A stretch of DNA of 61,928 nt, the filler included, from Basidiobolus meristosporus CBS 931.73 (taxonomy: Eukaryota > Fungi > Basidiobolomycota): assembly GCA_002104905.1 (NCBI GenBank). It is 2 parts of 2 records of this genome, joined end to end, with 100 filler letters (N's around TTAATTAATTAA, not from the genome) between each part and the next. Parts side by side here need not be neighbours in the genome. Positions count along the whole stretch, not along the records: positions 1 to 31,184 come from MCFE01000839.1; 1 more part is not named here. One strand, 5' to 3'. Each line of letters opens with the position of its first letter. Positions within the stretch are counted from its first letter, which is position 1. The translations under genes and the position numbers were made by a program. Positions 12,581-24,170 of the stretch are shown in pieces. The notes below the pieces were generated by a model. That model saw only the letters and a list, made by a program, of their open reading frames with translations. It did no database searches and had not been told where the DNA came from.

Positions 12581-12998
12581 CTGAAATAGTTACTCTTACT
12601 AAGATAGCAACACTAAAACTGAATGTTAACGCCATATAAGAAGTAGAAGTAAAGCTATAAGAACCATTCCTAATAAATTTGAGAATAGAATAAAGTTAAA
12701 TAAAGCAAATATGAATGGTAAGTATTGCTCATTTACTTGACCATCTCCTATTTGATCTCTTACTAATGAATGTACTGAGCTATAAGCTGATTCTTGGAAG
12801 ACTGAGCTTTTACTTGCTAACACTTTTCTTTGACTTACTGTAAAATAAGCTAAAGCTAAAAGTAATGAGCTTGCTATAATAGTTTGTAAACCTATGTCTG
12901 TAATAATCAAAATCTCTGAAGATAAAGGTCCTCCAAAGATTGGTGCTCATATTGTTAATAAGTTGTAAATTTCAAATTGCTCTAATGGGTTTAAAATT
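12581..12998 (-). pseudogene. atp6: NUMT: 5' part of mitochondrial ATP synthase subunit 6
   Basis: NPLEQFEI...QESAYSSVHSLVRDQI...YLPFIFALFNFILFSNLLGMV, then after a 1-bp deletion (P)YSFTSTSYMALTFSFS; AT-rich TTA/ATA codon use; in-frame TGA at 12947-12949. Confidence 0.93.
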
Positions 12999-13129
12999 GT
13001 AAGAGGCACTCTAACAATTCTAAGATTCTGCACTTGATTGTACCTTTGGTTCAGTTGAATCATTCAAGAGCCTTATTGAACTTTTCTCTTGGAAATAGTA
13101 AGTATTGTAAGGATCATGGTCCAAGTTTT

Positions 13130-14890
13130 GCCACACAAGTTATATGTGACCATTAATTAGTCACTACTGTGCCAACACTATCTTGCCAGCCAGTTAGTAC
13201 TTCTATATCTGTACCTGCCCATTCTTGTCACCTTGTGCAAGCTTACAGCAAAATAGCCAGGCTTTTTCAAGTACAAGGTCAAACTTGTACTTCCCAAATA
13301 TAAAGGCCTGAGTTCTTTTTCATAGTCATTGATCCTCATTCCTACTAGCTGAGTAATATGGCTAATTATGTGAAAGCTCCCATCTGCTTTTAAGACAGAT
13401 GTTGATTCAGTGGGCTCCAAGTTGATCCCAGTTTTCAAAGCAAACTGCTTGGATATATATTCATGCAATGCTCCAGAGTCAATGATGATTTTGGCAGGTA
13501 CTCCATTGATTACTACATTGAAGTATAATAGCTTTCCTGATTTTGGGGTTATTTGGGATAGGTGTTCTTTGGTCATATGGAAGGGGAGTTCTGAGTCTTT
13601 TCAAGTTCTTCCACTATGCCACTATGCTCAAGTGCTTCAATATGGTAAAAGGTTCTTGATGACTGGTGTCCATTTCTTCACTAAGGACAGTATTGTGCAA
13701 TATGTCCTTGCTGGTGGCAATTAAAGCAACATCCTTTCTTCTTAATTTCTTCCAAGGTCAGGCTCTTCTGCATAGCGTCCATTTCCATAGATGCTGCTTC
13801 TGCTTGTCTTCTTTCATAGTGATTGTTTCCTTTCTGGTTGGTCATTGCAGGCTTCCCAACTCCAAAATAGCTGGATTATAGTGAATGACAATCTTGATGG
13901 CTTCTTCAATAGGCCAAGGTCTTTGATAATGGACTTCCTTGCAAGTTCTTTCTTTCAGCCCATCAATAAAGTCCTCAGCTTGATTCCAGGGGCCCATTCT
14001 TTTAATTTGTTCAAGTAGTCATCTATATTCATAGGTGTGCTCTTGAACCATTCCTTTCTGCCTGAGTATCTTCATCTTTCATCTTAGTAGTGTCTGCTGG
14101 TGTGGGGGCTCAAAAGCATTCTGAATTTCCAGCATAAACTCATCCTAGGAGCAGATTGTAGAGCATCCCATCATGGTGGCTGACCTTATCTTATTGTGGA
14201 ACCACAGTAAAGCTGCATCTACCAGGTAAGAAGCTGCATAATATAACTTGCTTTCTAGAGCATTTACCTTACCCTTGAATGCTTCTTCAATCTGAAGAGC
14301 CAAGTTCCCAGGTTCTCATTGACTCTACCTTAGTACTAGTTGACCCTCACACTAAAGTTGCTTTTGACAGGGTTCTGCTTTCTCTGGGCCATGGTAGTCA
14401 TTCCTTGTTGCTGCTGGGCCAGGATTTGTTGCATAGCATTCATCCATTCTTGATTTTTGGACATATTGAGGAAGGGTTCTTCTTTCTTCAAGAGGGATGC
14501 TTCTGATTATTGCCTCTTCTATTGTTACAGCTCTTGGACTAAGAGTGGCAGAGGAATAGGGAGTTTAGCTAGTATTGTATTCACTAAAACTTGAACTCCT
14601 TATTATTGAGGTTCCAGCCGCTCCTTATATAAATTTTTCCAGATCAATTGCTGACAATAGTATTTCCTAATGTAGGTTGTGGCTGATGACTCATTCAATT
14701 GCATCATCATCACCCAATACAATTCTACCTAATATAGCTATTTCTGTCAGATAACAATCTGCTGGCTTATTTGCTGACTAATGCTACTAATATGATAGCC
14801 AACACTAACACACTGATGGGCTAAGCATATAACTAATTGATTTGATTAATAACTGATCTAACTCAAATACTCAAGCAGAAGATCATAACA
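13130..14890 (-). mobile_element. Ty3/Gypsy fragment G3 (5' LTR, gag, protease)
   Basis: Collinear with 6350-8010; protease IIDSGA; LTR 14546-14890. Confidence 0.85.
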
Positions 14891-15757
14891 ACTTATAGAT
14901 GCTATTATAACTCAAAAACCAACACTAAGAATACTACCTTTCTGCAAGGAGAGCATACAGAAGTCAGCATGCAAATGCAGCAAAGTTGCCAAGCTTTAGG
15001 CCATCAGCTAGAATATGAATTAGTTGAAAGCTGGAGATACTTGAAACAAAGGGTATCTGTTGGAGCAATGCTTGCATCTAGGAGCAGTGCATTTGCTTTT
15101 AGATAATATCCCTTTACTGATAACAAGTTGTACATGTGGCATTTCAAGCTAAATGTGCCCTTCAATATACTGGAAAAACTTGACAGAAGTTACAAGAAAC
15201 TACAGAGTATCTGGTACCCTGAGTACATATTAATGGCTCCAAACCTGGTTTGTATGCACATATGACAATACAAGTGAAAGGACTGGATGAACTGTATATG
15301 CATTTAGTCAAGTGGCCCACTGAAGCCATTTCTACCAAGAGTACATTGGAAGCATTGGGAGTCATAAGTAGGCTTTGTAGGAATGTTTATCAAGGAGCAG
15401 ATTGTCAATACCAACTTGACACATCTACTGCTTTTATGTCAGGAGTTTGTGATAGGATAAGAGAGGCTATACTACAAGTGTAAAGCTGAACATGTAGATC
15501 TCTGCCACAGCTGTATCCATTTGCTATTTCTTCTTGCTTGGTGTGTGGAGAATATTGGGCCTTGCTTCACCATTTGGGAGATTCCTAAGGAGCAGATGTG
15601 TGGGGAGATAGGAATACAAGTTAAACTTCATGTACTACCATTTCACAGGCACATCAAGAAAATTATCTTCAAGTCTGTTGTGCATTTGATGAGTTGACTC
15701 ATTGAGGACAGCCAGGAAAAGCCGGAAAATACCAAGGACAGAAGTGCACATGGAGAC

Positions 15758-16198
15758 TGTTGTAATTTAAGAAGTGATTTGGATATAAGGAACTTATCAA
15801 GCTATAGTGATAATGGATGAACTGTTGTTAATGTTGAAAAATTGGACTATTTGGTATCATTCTGCAGCTAAAAATTTACTTAACAATTCTGAACTAGTCT
15901 GGGTCACTGTGGGACTAATTTACAGCTCTAACTTTGCTACTTTCTCCAGATCTATGATCTTATGATTATTCCCCTATAGTCAGGATAAATTAGCACTAAT
16001 ACTAACTATCATGTACTAAACCTGAAACTGTTACAGAATGCTCCTGAATATTGAGAAAACCTCCTTACTTAGTGCTACAGCTGTATTACTTCTAAAAGGT
16101 ATAAATACCAAGCTTCTTTAATAATAAACAACAGTTCAACTATTATCACTACTTCTTGATAAGTTCCTTGTATCTAAATCACTTCTTAAATTGCAACA
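15758..16198 (+). repeat. 5' LTR of C1 (441 bp) with ~72-bp terminal inverted repeats
   Basis: 15758-15829 vs reverse complement of 16127-16198 has 8 mismatches; TATAAA ~16100, AATAAA ~16123; PBS follows directly. Confidence 0.8.
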
Positions 16199-16210
16199 GG
16201 TTATGAGCCC
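16199..16210 (+). promoter_or_regulatory. Copia primer-binding site (tRNAiMet half-molecule type)
   Basis: GGTTATGAGCCC directly after the LTR CA; same type as Drosophila copia GGTTATGGGCCC. Confidence 0.85.
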
Positions 16211-19200
16211 TAATTGCCTCAATCTATTCTAAAGATGACTTCTACCAGCAAACAGAACAACACAAACATCTTCCCTGTAAAGAAGATGTTTGATGGAAAG
16301 AATTACAGACTTTGGAGAATCAAGATGCAGACCCACCTTGAGGAAAGGAAGCTTTGGAATATAGTAACAGGAAAAGAAGTTGAGCTCAAAGGAACAGCAG
16401 AAGACATGGAGATGTTTGAAGAGAAGGAGAGAAACGCCTTTAATGCCATACGTATCAATGTGCAAGATTCCTTCATTGGACAAATCCATGCCTCAGATAC
16501 TGCCAAAACACCATGGGAATCCTTAGAGAAGATCCTAAGAGCAAAGTTAGTATCAGGCAAGCTTTATCTAAAACAAAAGTTTGTCAACATGAGGAAGAAG
16601 CCAGATGATAACATGCTACAACTCATTACCAAAATGAAGACACTTGCACAAGAGCTTTACAGTATTAGTGCTGGTGTAGATGATGAAGAAAAGATACTCT
16701 GTCTGCTTTGCAGCCTACCAGACAAGTATGAACCACTCATACTCTCTTTTGAAAGCAGAGAAGACAATTTGACTTTAGACTAGGTCAAAGGAAGACTTTG
16801 CTATGAAGAACTCAAACATAATGATCAAGCAGAGAAAATTGAAGATAATGCTTTATTCAGTTCAGATAGGCAAACAGAAAAGAAGGGAAACCAACAAAAC
16901 TAAAGAAAACCTGGCTGCTGCAACTTTTGTAAAAAGCCAGGAAACTGGGCAAGAGAATGCAAGAAGAAACAAGCAGATGAAAAACAGTGACCAGAGCAGG
17001 CAAACCATATAACTACTGATGAACAGTTATTTGTAACTGTACAAGAGAGTGCAAGTAGCCAAAGTAATGAGTGATATACTGACTCTGAAGCCTCACAGCA
17101 TATTTGTGGTATAGAGGAGTGGTTCAGCAACTTAAAGACTATTCCCGTAAGAAAGGCTTATCTGGGAGATAACTCTGCTCCGGAAGCTGCTGCAAGTGGG
17201 TGTATACAACTAAATATGAGTAATAGCTCAGGGGCAACAATAGCAAAACTCACTGACGTACACTATGTGCCTGGAATAGCTAAGAACCTACTCTCAGTCA
17301 GTAAAGCAACTGCTCAGGGATTGAAATTTGTTTTTACTAAAATGAGCTGCTCAATATTGAGCAAGAATGGACAAAAATTAGCATTGGGAATCAGAGATTG
17401 CAATTTATTCAAGTTACAATGCAAGATCATTGTACCTGAGTATGTCCACATTGCTTAAGCTGATGAAACCTACTGGGAGACGTGGCATAGGAGGCTAGGA
17501 CACATTGGGGAACAGAAAATGAGCCAATTGGTAAAAAATCAGCTTGTTTTGAGCCTAAAATACTCAATTCCAATCATATTGAATATTTGTAAGGGATGTT
17601 CATATGGCAAACAAGCTAGGCAATGTTTCAAGAGCTCAGAAGGCATCAGCACCACTGAGATATTGGATGTTGTACACTCAGACATATGTGGCCCCATGAG
17701 AACACTGTCCTTTGGAGCCAAGAGCTACTCTATGATGTTTATTGATGACAAAACAAGATATACATTGGTGTACTTCCTCTAAACAAAGGATGAAGCTTTA
17801 GAGATGTTTAAGCACTTCAAGAACATAGCAGAAACACTAACTGGGCTTAAATTTAAGGTACTACAACGTGACAATGGAGGAGAATACCGTTCAAAGGAAT
17901 TTGCAAAATACTGCTTGTCTACTGCTATACTTCAACAGACCACAGTTCCTCATACTTCACAGCAAAATGGAGTAGCAGAGTGTGCAAATAGAACAATAGT
18001 GGACATGGGAAGATATATGCTATGTGATGAGGAAATGGACTGCAAGTTCTGTGCTGAATCTGTTGCTACCGCATTATACATCATAAACAGATGCCCAACA
18101 ACAGCATTATGTGAATCTACAACCTTTGAAGCATATACAGGCAAAAAAGCAGATGTTCAGCACCTCAAGATCTTTGGCAGTGATGTTTTTTGTCAAATCC
18201 CTGACAGAAACGCTCAAAGTTGGAACTAAAGAGTAGGAAAGGGATCTTTATTAGGTATTGTGAAGATACTAAAGGGTTTAGAGTGTATGATGGCAAAATT
18301 CAGAAGCTGATCAAGAGCAGGGATGTTGTATTTGAGGAGAATTCAAATCAGAAAGCCACAGAAATCATTGGCCAGCTGCCTGATGATGCAATCAACACTA
18401 ATGAGGAAGATACATGCCAAATCCAGCCAGATACGGGAGATACTTCTACCGGTTCCAGATCAGAACAGATTATCCCAGTTAGGAGATCTACCAGAATAAG
18501 AAATGCCCCTGGATCCTGATGGCAGACATCCAATGATCATGAAGAAGCTTATCTTGCCTCAGGTGCCAAACCTCAGAATCCAGAACAGGCAATGCAAAGT
18601 CCAGATGCTACTATGTGTCAACAAGCTATGCAGGAGGAGTACTAATCACTGATCAAGGCAAAGATGTGGGAACTGATAGATTTTCTAAATGGGAGTGAGC
18701 CAACAGGATATAGATGGGTCTACAAGATCAAGATAACCTCAAATGGTGCCGTTGATAAGTACAAGGCTAGATTAGTGACTAAAGGCTATTCCCAGATCCA
18801 GGGACTAGACTTTAAGGAAACATTTGCTCCGGTTGTCAAGTTTAACTCCATTAGGACAGTTTTAGCACTGACAGCTGTACACACTCTAGATCTACACCAT
18901 ATTGACGTCAAAACAGCCTTTCAAAATGGGGACTTGAAAGAAACTCTATATATGGAGCAACCAGAAGGTTTTACCAATCTAAAAGACCCCCATAAGGTGT
19001 GCAAACTTAAAAGCTTGTTGTATGGGCATAAGCAGGCACCTAGAGCATAGTATAACAAGATTGACACATATCTAGAGGAAACTGGGTTCTCTCATAGCAC
19101 TACAGATCACAATATACATGTCAAACATCTCAAAAAGGGCTTGATCATCCTAGTTCTTTATGTGGATGACCTAATTATAGCTACAAGTGACCAAGAGACA

Positions 19201-19892
19201 CTTAAACAGAGAGAATCAGATCTCTTCACCAAGTTTGAGACAAAAGATCTTGGAAAATTGAGCTATTTTCTTGGAATTGAGGTTGAATTTGACATACCTA
19301 CGCAGAAAATTGTGCTGAATCAGTCTAAGTACATCATGAACATTGTTAGAGGCTACAAAATGGAAAATTGCAGACCTGCAGCTACCCCTATTGACAATAA
19401 CCTGAAATGAAGCAAATCTCAGCCAGTTAAACGGCCCAAATATGGACCAAAACCTTCCCTATCAATCAATGGTTGGTAGCCTAATGTACTTGATGGTATC
19501 TACAGGTCCAGATATTGCAGTGGCAGTTGGAATAGTCAGTCCATTCATGCAGAATTATGGTTCATATCAAATAGCAGCAGTTAAGCCAATTTTCAGATAT
19601 CTACAAGGTACCTTAAATATGGTACTGGAATATTTGGGAGCAGCTAATAGGCATGAACTTGATGGTTATAGTGATTCAGGTTGGGGTAGGGAGCTGATTG
19701 ACAGACGCTCTACCACAGGCTATGTATTACTTTATGCTGGTGCAGCTATTATGTGGAACTGCAAAAACAACCAACAGTGGCCCTATCTACAACTGAAGCA
19801 GAATATATGGCTGCATGGCAAGCAACTAAGAAGGCTATATGGCTACAAAAACTATTCAAAGACTTAGGTTTCAACTCAGATGAATCAACTTC

Positions 19893-22534
19893 CCTATGAA
19901 AAATTATTGAGATGATCCCGTCAAAAGGCCATCACAAAGTTAATGTCCCATGACTGAGAGGTACTGATCTTGTCAGGACTCTGTCCAGAGACTGTTGAAT
20001 AATAATTGCACCCCAGATTTCACAAAAAACTTCGTCAAAATTTTTCATCACAACAGTGCATAAGTGGCTTTTGATTGGTTCCCTGCCAATTTGCTCACTT
20101 TCTGATCCCAGACACTCTATTGCCTCCTACGTTTGTGTGAATTGATTGGCTAGTGCCTCTTTTTCACACTCCTCACTTCCTGACTCAGCCATTTCTCTTA
20201 CTTTTCATGCATTCAAATTGATTTATTTCCGTTGAAACTTCAGTTGTACCTCAATTGCCAATTGTATTGACCTATACAAGTCTCTATACCCTACACTAAC
20301 ATTAAGGCCAACCCCACACTCAACAAGTAACTCCATTAAAATCCACCACTCAATAAGTATTTCTGCTGTAATGCTCTGGTACCACAACTTTGGTGGGAAC
20401 CCAATGGCTTTATGTCACTGTTCATTCACTGGTTCCCACATGTCCTGGTCTTCAGCTGGCACTGCAAGGTCTAGCTCCTCATCTGCCAGTCTTTGCAATA
20501 AATCCTTGCAATATTCCAGTGTGTTTTCTTGAGCACTGCTCTTGAAGAAGTGCTGCAACCTCTTGGTGTACCTATAAATGTTCCAAAACTCCACTGAAGG
20601 CATTGTGATAGTCTTTTGAGCTCTTGACATTGTAGCCTTGTCTGTCAGTGGGATCTCCACTCTGTCAACAATGGAGGCTGTGGTAGACAAATTGCCTTTT
20701 TCAGCAAACTCATCTACCTTGCTGGAGTGTAGCTCAACTGGATGCACTTCCAACTCTTGTGAAAGCAGCTATTTTCTTGTTGGTAATTCTTCTTGGCTAT
20801 GATGGGACTCAGTCTGTTCCTGGCTTGCAGCGTTAATTGGCAAGAACTGCAGTTTTTTTTGCATGCCTCCCTGTCTCAGGCTTGGGTAGACATTTTTCCC
20901 TTTACCTTTTCCTCTATCACTACCAGGTCTTTCACTGCTACTTTGTCTGAGTGCTTCTTGTAAAGAACTACATTTTCTCCTGGATAAATTCTGCTCTGAC
21001 GCATCTGTTTTGGCCTGCTTGTCCCTTGCTGGCACTCTTCTGGCAACCTGACATTTCTTTTCAGCTTGTTTTGAGCTCTCAACCATAGTTGTAACAGGCT
21101 CCTGTAAAAGTGGCTGGTTTTTATCACTGCCAGTTCCTTCACTGCTACTTTGACTGGGTACTTCTTGAGTGGTACTACGCTTTTTCCTTGATAAATGTTG
21201 CGCTAGTGCATCCATATCTGCCTGCTTGTCCTTAATTGGCACTCTTCCAGCTGCCTGACATCTCTTTGATGCTTGTTTGGAGCTTTTGGCCCTGCTTGTA
21301 ATGGGCTCTTGAGGAAGCCGCTGGTTATTAGCCATGGCACCTTTGTTCTTCTGCCTTTGATAATTTCTGCTATTCTTAAGATACTTTCTTAGCATACCAA
21401 TGCTGGCCCAAAATCCTTTTGCCCGTTTGAATCCAGGATAATGCTCATGGAACAAGTCAAGTGCATTCTGCTTGGCCTTGAGTTCCTGATGGTCCCATGG
21501 TATATTGGCCTTAAGGTGATGGCGTGCTAGACTTCTGACAGCCTCTTGTATATTAGCCCACTCTTCATTATTGCACTCAATGGCTTCATGGATCTTCAAT
21601 GTCTTTTGATTTTTAGGCTTTGGTATAAACCCCACATTGTCTCCCTCCCATGCTGTGATAGGTTTTCTGTGGGCTTTATCTTTGGGCACTGTTGTTGTGC
21701 TTCAAAGACAGTGTGGTGTTCCTCTGCTGTTACATCAGGAAATGGCTCAATTCTTGGCTGTGACATTGAGCTACTTGAGCTCATTCTTTGCAGCAAAGAT
21801 ACTGCTTTCTCTACCTGGGATATTGATTGCTCTACATGTATTATCTGCTCATCCTGTTTCTGGACTACTTCCTGATTTCTCTGGGCCATTGCATCTATCC
21901 TATCAGCCATTGCACCTAATTGCTTCATTAATGCTTTGGTATGAGCTGACAACATACTTGCTAATATGGGTGGTGGTGATGTTATCATGGCCACTTGCTG
22001 ATTTTCAATAGAGGGTACTGAGTTTGCTACATCCTCATCTGCCTGAGCATAATAGCCAGCTTGTGGCTCTGCAGAGGTTCTCAATTGCCTACTTGACTGA
22101 GAGCCTGAGGGGTCCGCATTATTACCTTCAATGGGCACACTGTTCACAGGGCCTTTTTTGGATGTAGCCCCGCTTGTTGCACTGAATGTCAAAGCAAGCT
22201 GTGGTCAAACCGTTCTTCTGTTGCTGTCAGCGGTGGGGTTTAGTTGAGAACCAGATGACTTTGCTTTATTTTTAGGCAGCATATATATGGAAGTGAGTCA
22301 AACCAAAGGGGAAATAGAGTTACATATACGTGTGTATGTGGTGCCACAACTTTATTTATAATGCTTACTATGGCAGGTCATCATTGAATCTTACATTCAT
22401 GTAGGTGCAATGTCTCAAATACAAGACTGTCTTAAGTTCACATGAGTATTGACCAAAAAGTGATATAATAGCGTTACGTTGTTGAAGGTCAAACTGTTTG
22501 CCCCATGGACAAGACTACTTTGACTCAACGCTGT
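19893..22534 (-). mobile_element. Best-preserved copy of an unclassified repeat element carrying an orphan gene
   Basis: Four homologous fragments in the window; no transposase, LTR or TIR seen; interrupted at 22535 by a Gypsy LTR. Confidence 0.65.
20223..22282 (-). pseudogene. Orphan gene, ancestrally ~690 codons (coiled coil, helical W-rich domain, basic linker, C-terminal helical domain)
   Basis: ATG 22282 (MLPKNKAK); stops at 22205 (TGA), 20769 (TAG; CAG in the 11.5-kb copy) and 20415 (TGA; TGG in two other copies); frame change near 21690-21600; reading continues to TAA 20223. Confidence 0.65.
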
Positions 22535-23604
22535 TGTGGTGGTGTATAGGTCCAAGGGAGAGATACGTCCAACACTTCTCTAGTGTTTTGCGTGTGGGGT
22601 GTTCACTGGGTGCAATAACCTCTGTCAAAAGCTTGCTAGGAATACTTGGGTTCTGTCTCTAATCTAATGTGAAGGGGAATAAAGCCACAAGTTTGTCAAG
22701 GGAAAACTACTGAGCTACAATCCCCAACTTAGTTGGCGTCTTAACAAAAGTATGTGCTGGGTTCAGCATCCTTTGAGATGACAATGTACTAAAGCTTCCA
22801 AAGCCAAAACAACTGTAAACCCCACCAGCAGGGACTTGATAAGAATGCAGCTGTGGTCAATAGTTACAGAGACAGAAAAGTATCTTTGCCTGTACAAGAA
22901 CAAACTTGGGAAAGAATCAAATATAACAAAAGATACCTACTCTGAGTATTCCTCACAAGTAGTGCCTCCAAGGTCAGTTGGCTGTCAGCGCGGTTTCCTG
23001 GGAGTGTCCTGTGGTCTGGGGTTGGAAGTTCAGGTAGCAGCAGGTAGCAGTGATCACACTAATCAACAAGTTGGTATATTGATAAAAGGGATGATGATGT
23101 ATTGTTGAGTGATAGCCTCCCTTATATACTTTTCTTACTGGCTAAGTGATTACTAATCTTGGTGTTCCAGAAGGTTCCGGATATCAATAGAAATCTTAAT
23201 GACATCAGAATGACCTAAGAATGCTCTAAGTAGGTGCCAGAAGGTTCTAAGAGGCACAGCACATCCAACCAATCAGGAATCAGTATTCTGAAGCCTGTGT
23301 AACATAGGGATACCATATATGGTATGGAAATGGTAGGTATGGTGACATGGGTTGATCATGCATCACGGGTACTGGCACGGGTACTTGCCTAAAATATAAG
23401 CGCTTATAGCTAGTAATCTACATAAAGTGAGGGGTAACTTATGTAATAAGGTAAGCAGGGGTGATAGTCAACCAGCTTATGGGATAGTACTGATTGAGTA
23501 AGACAAATGGGATAAAACTAAAATAAATGTAGTAGAGATATAGGGAAGTAGAAAATGAGGGAATGAGCACATCTGTCAGTGGGTGTCACTGTCACCCCAC
23601 TACA
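22535..23604 (-). repeat. 3' LTR of G4 (~1070 bp)
   Basis: TGTGGTGG...CCACTACA ends; next to the PPT; left end falls where homology to window position 1-147 stops. Confidence 0.65.
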
Positions 23605-23821
23605 TCCACCCCCCTCTCAGCTTTGAACTTGGGTCAAAGCAAACTACTCTTGATGTGCAAAATTCCTATTCTTGAATAACTTAAGTTGGTTTCCAATAAC
23701 TGGTGCTCTCAACTGGGTGTTGTCAAGCTCAGATATGTAATAACTTCCATTTCCAATCACTTTGGAAATGAGGTAGGGGCCAGTCCATTTGTTGTCAAAC
23801 TTCCGACTCCATTGTTTGTCC

Positions 23822-24170
23822 TGTTGTAAGAGTCTTGGAGATATTGGAAGTGATTTGGAGAACAAGTAGATTATATGGTTTTCACTTAATGATTTATTGA
23901 ATGTAAAAGTAGTATTTATACTTTTACCTGGTCTTGGCATTACAAACACGTAGGATAGATTAAGGAAGGTCCCAAGAACATGTGTGCAAAGTTTGGGGCT
24001 GTTTGGACAACTTTGAGAATTTTCATGTTCTAGGTACCTGGTATTTTGGTGAAAATATTCTAAGTAAATCCCAACAAGGAATTTGGTCAGTATTCTCTAG
24101 GATTTGAGGGTGATGATATAAGTGACTAAGTAAGGTGAATATTTAGGTGGAAATACAAATTTTTACAACA
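23822..24170 (-). repeat. 3' LTR of C2
   Basis: TGTTGTAA...TTACAACA; PPT TGAGTGGGAG next to it on the minus strand. Confidence 0.95.

Larger units (their letters stand above)
15758..19890 (+). mobile_element. Ty1/Copia retrotransposon C1, degenerate, 3' LTR missing
   Basis: LTR and PBS, then gag (FDGKNYRLWRIKM), knuckle CNFCKKPGNWAREC, protease, integrase (HSDICGPM), RT (LYVDD), RNase H (YSDSGW); cut off at ~19890. Confidence 0.93.

Noticed and set aside
15000-15750. Short ORFs between G3 and C1
   Set aside because: CpG-depleted degenerate sequence with no recognisable motif
23644-23949. ORF-track proteins starting MFVMP (also 27854-28285)
   Set aside because: Chimeras reading out of the Copia LTR into Gypsy integrase or gag, not real genes
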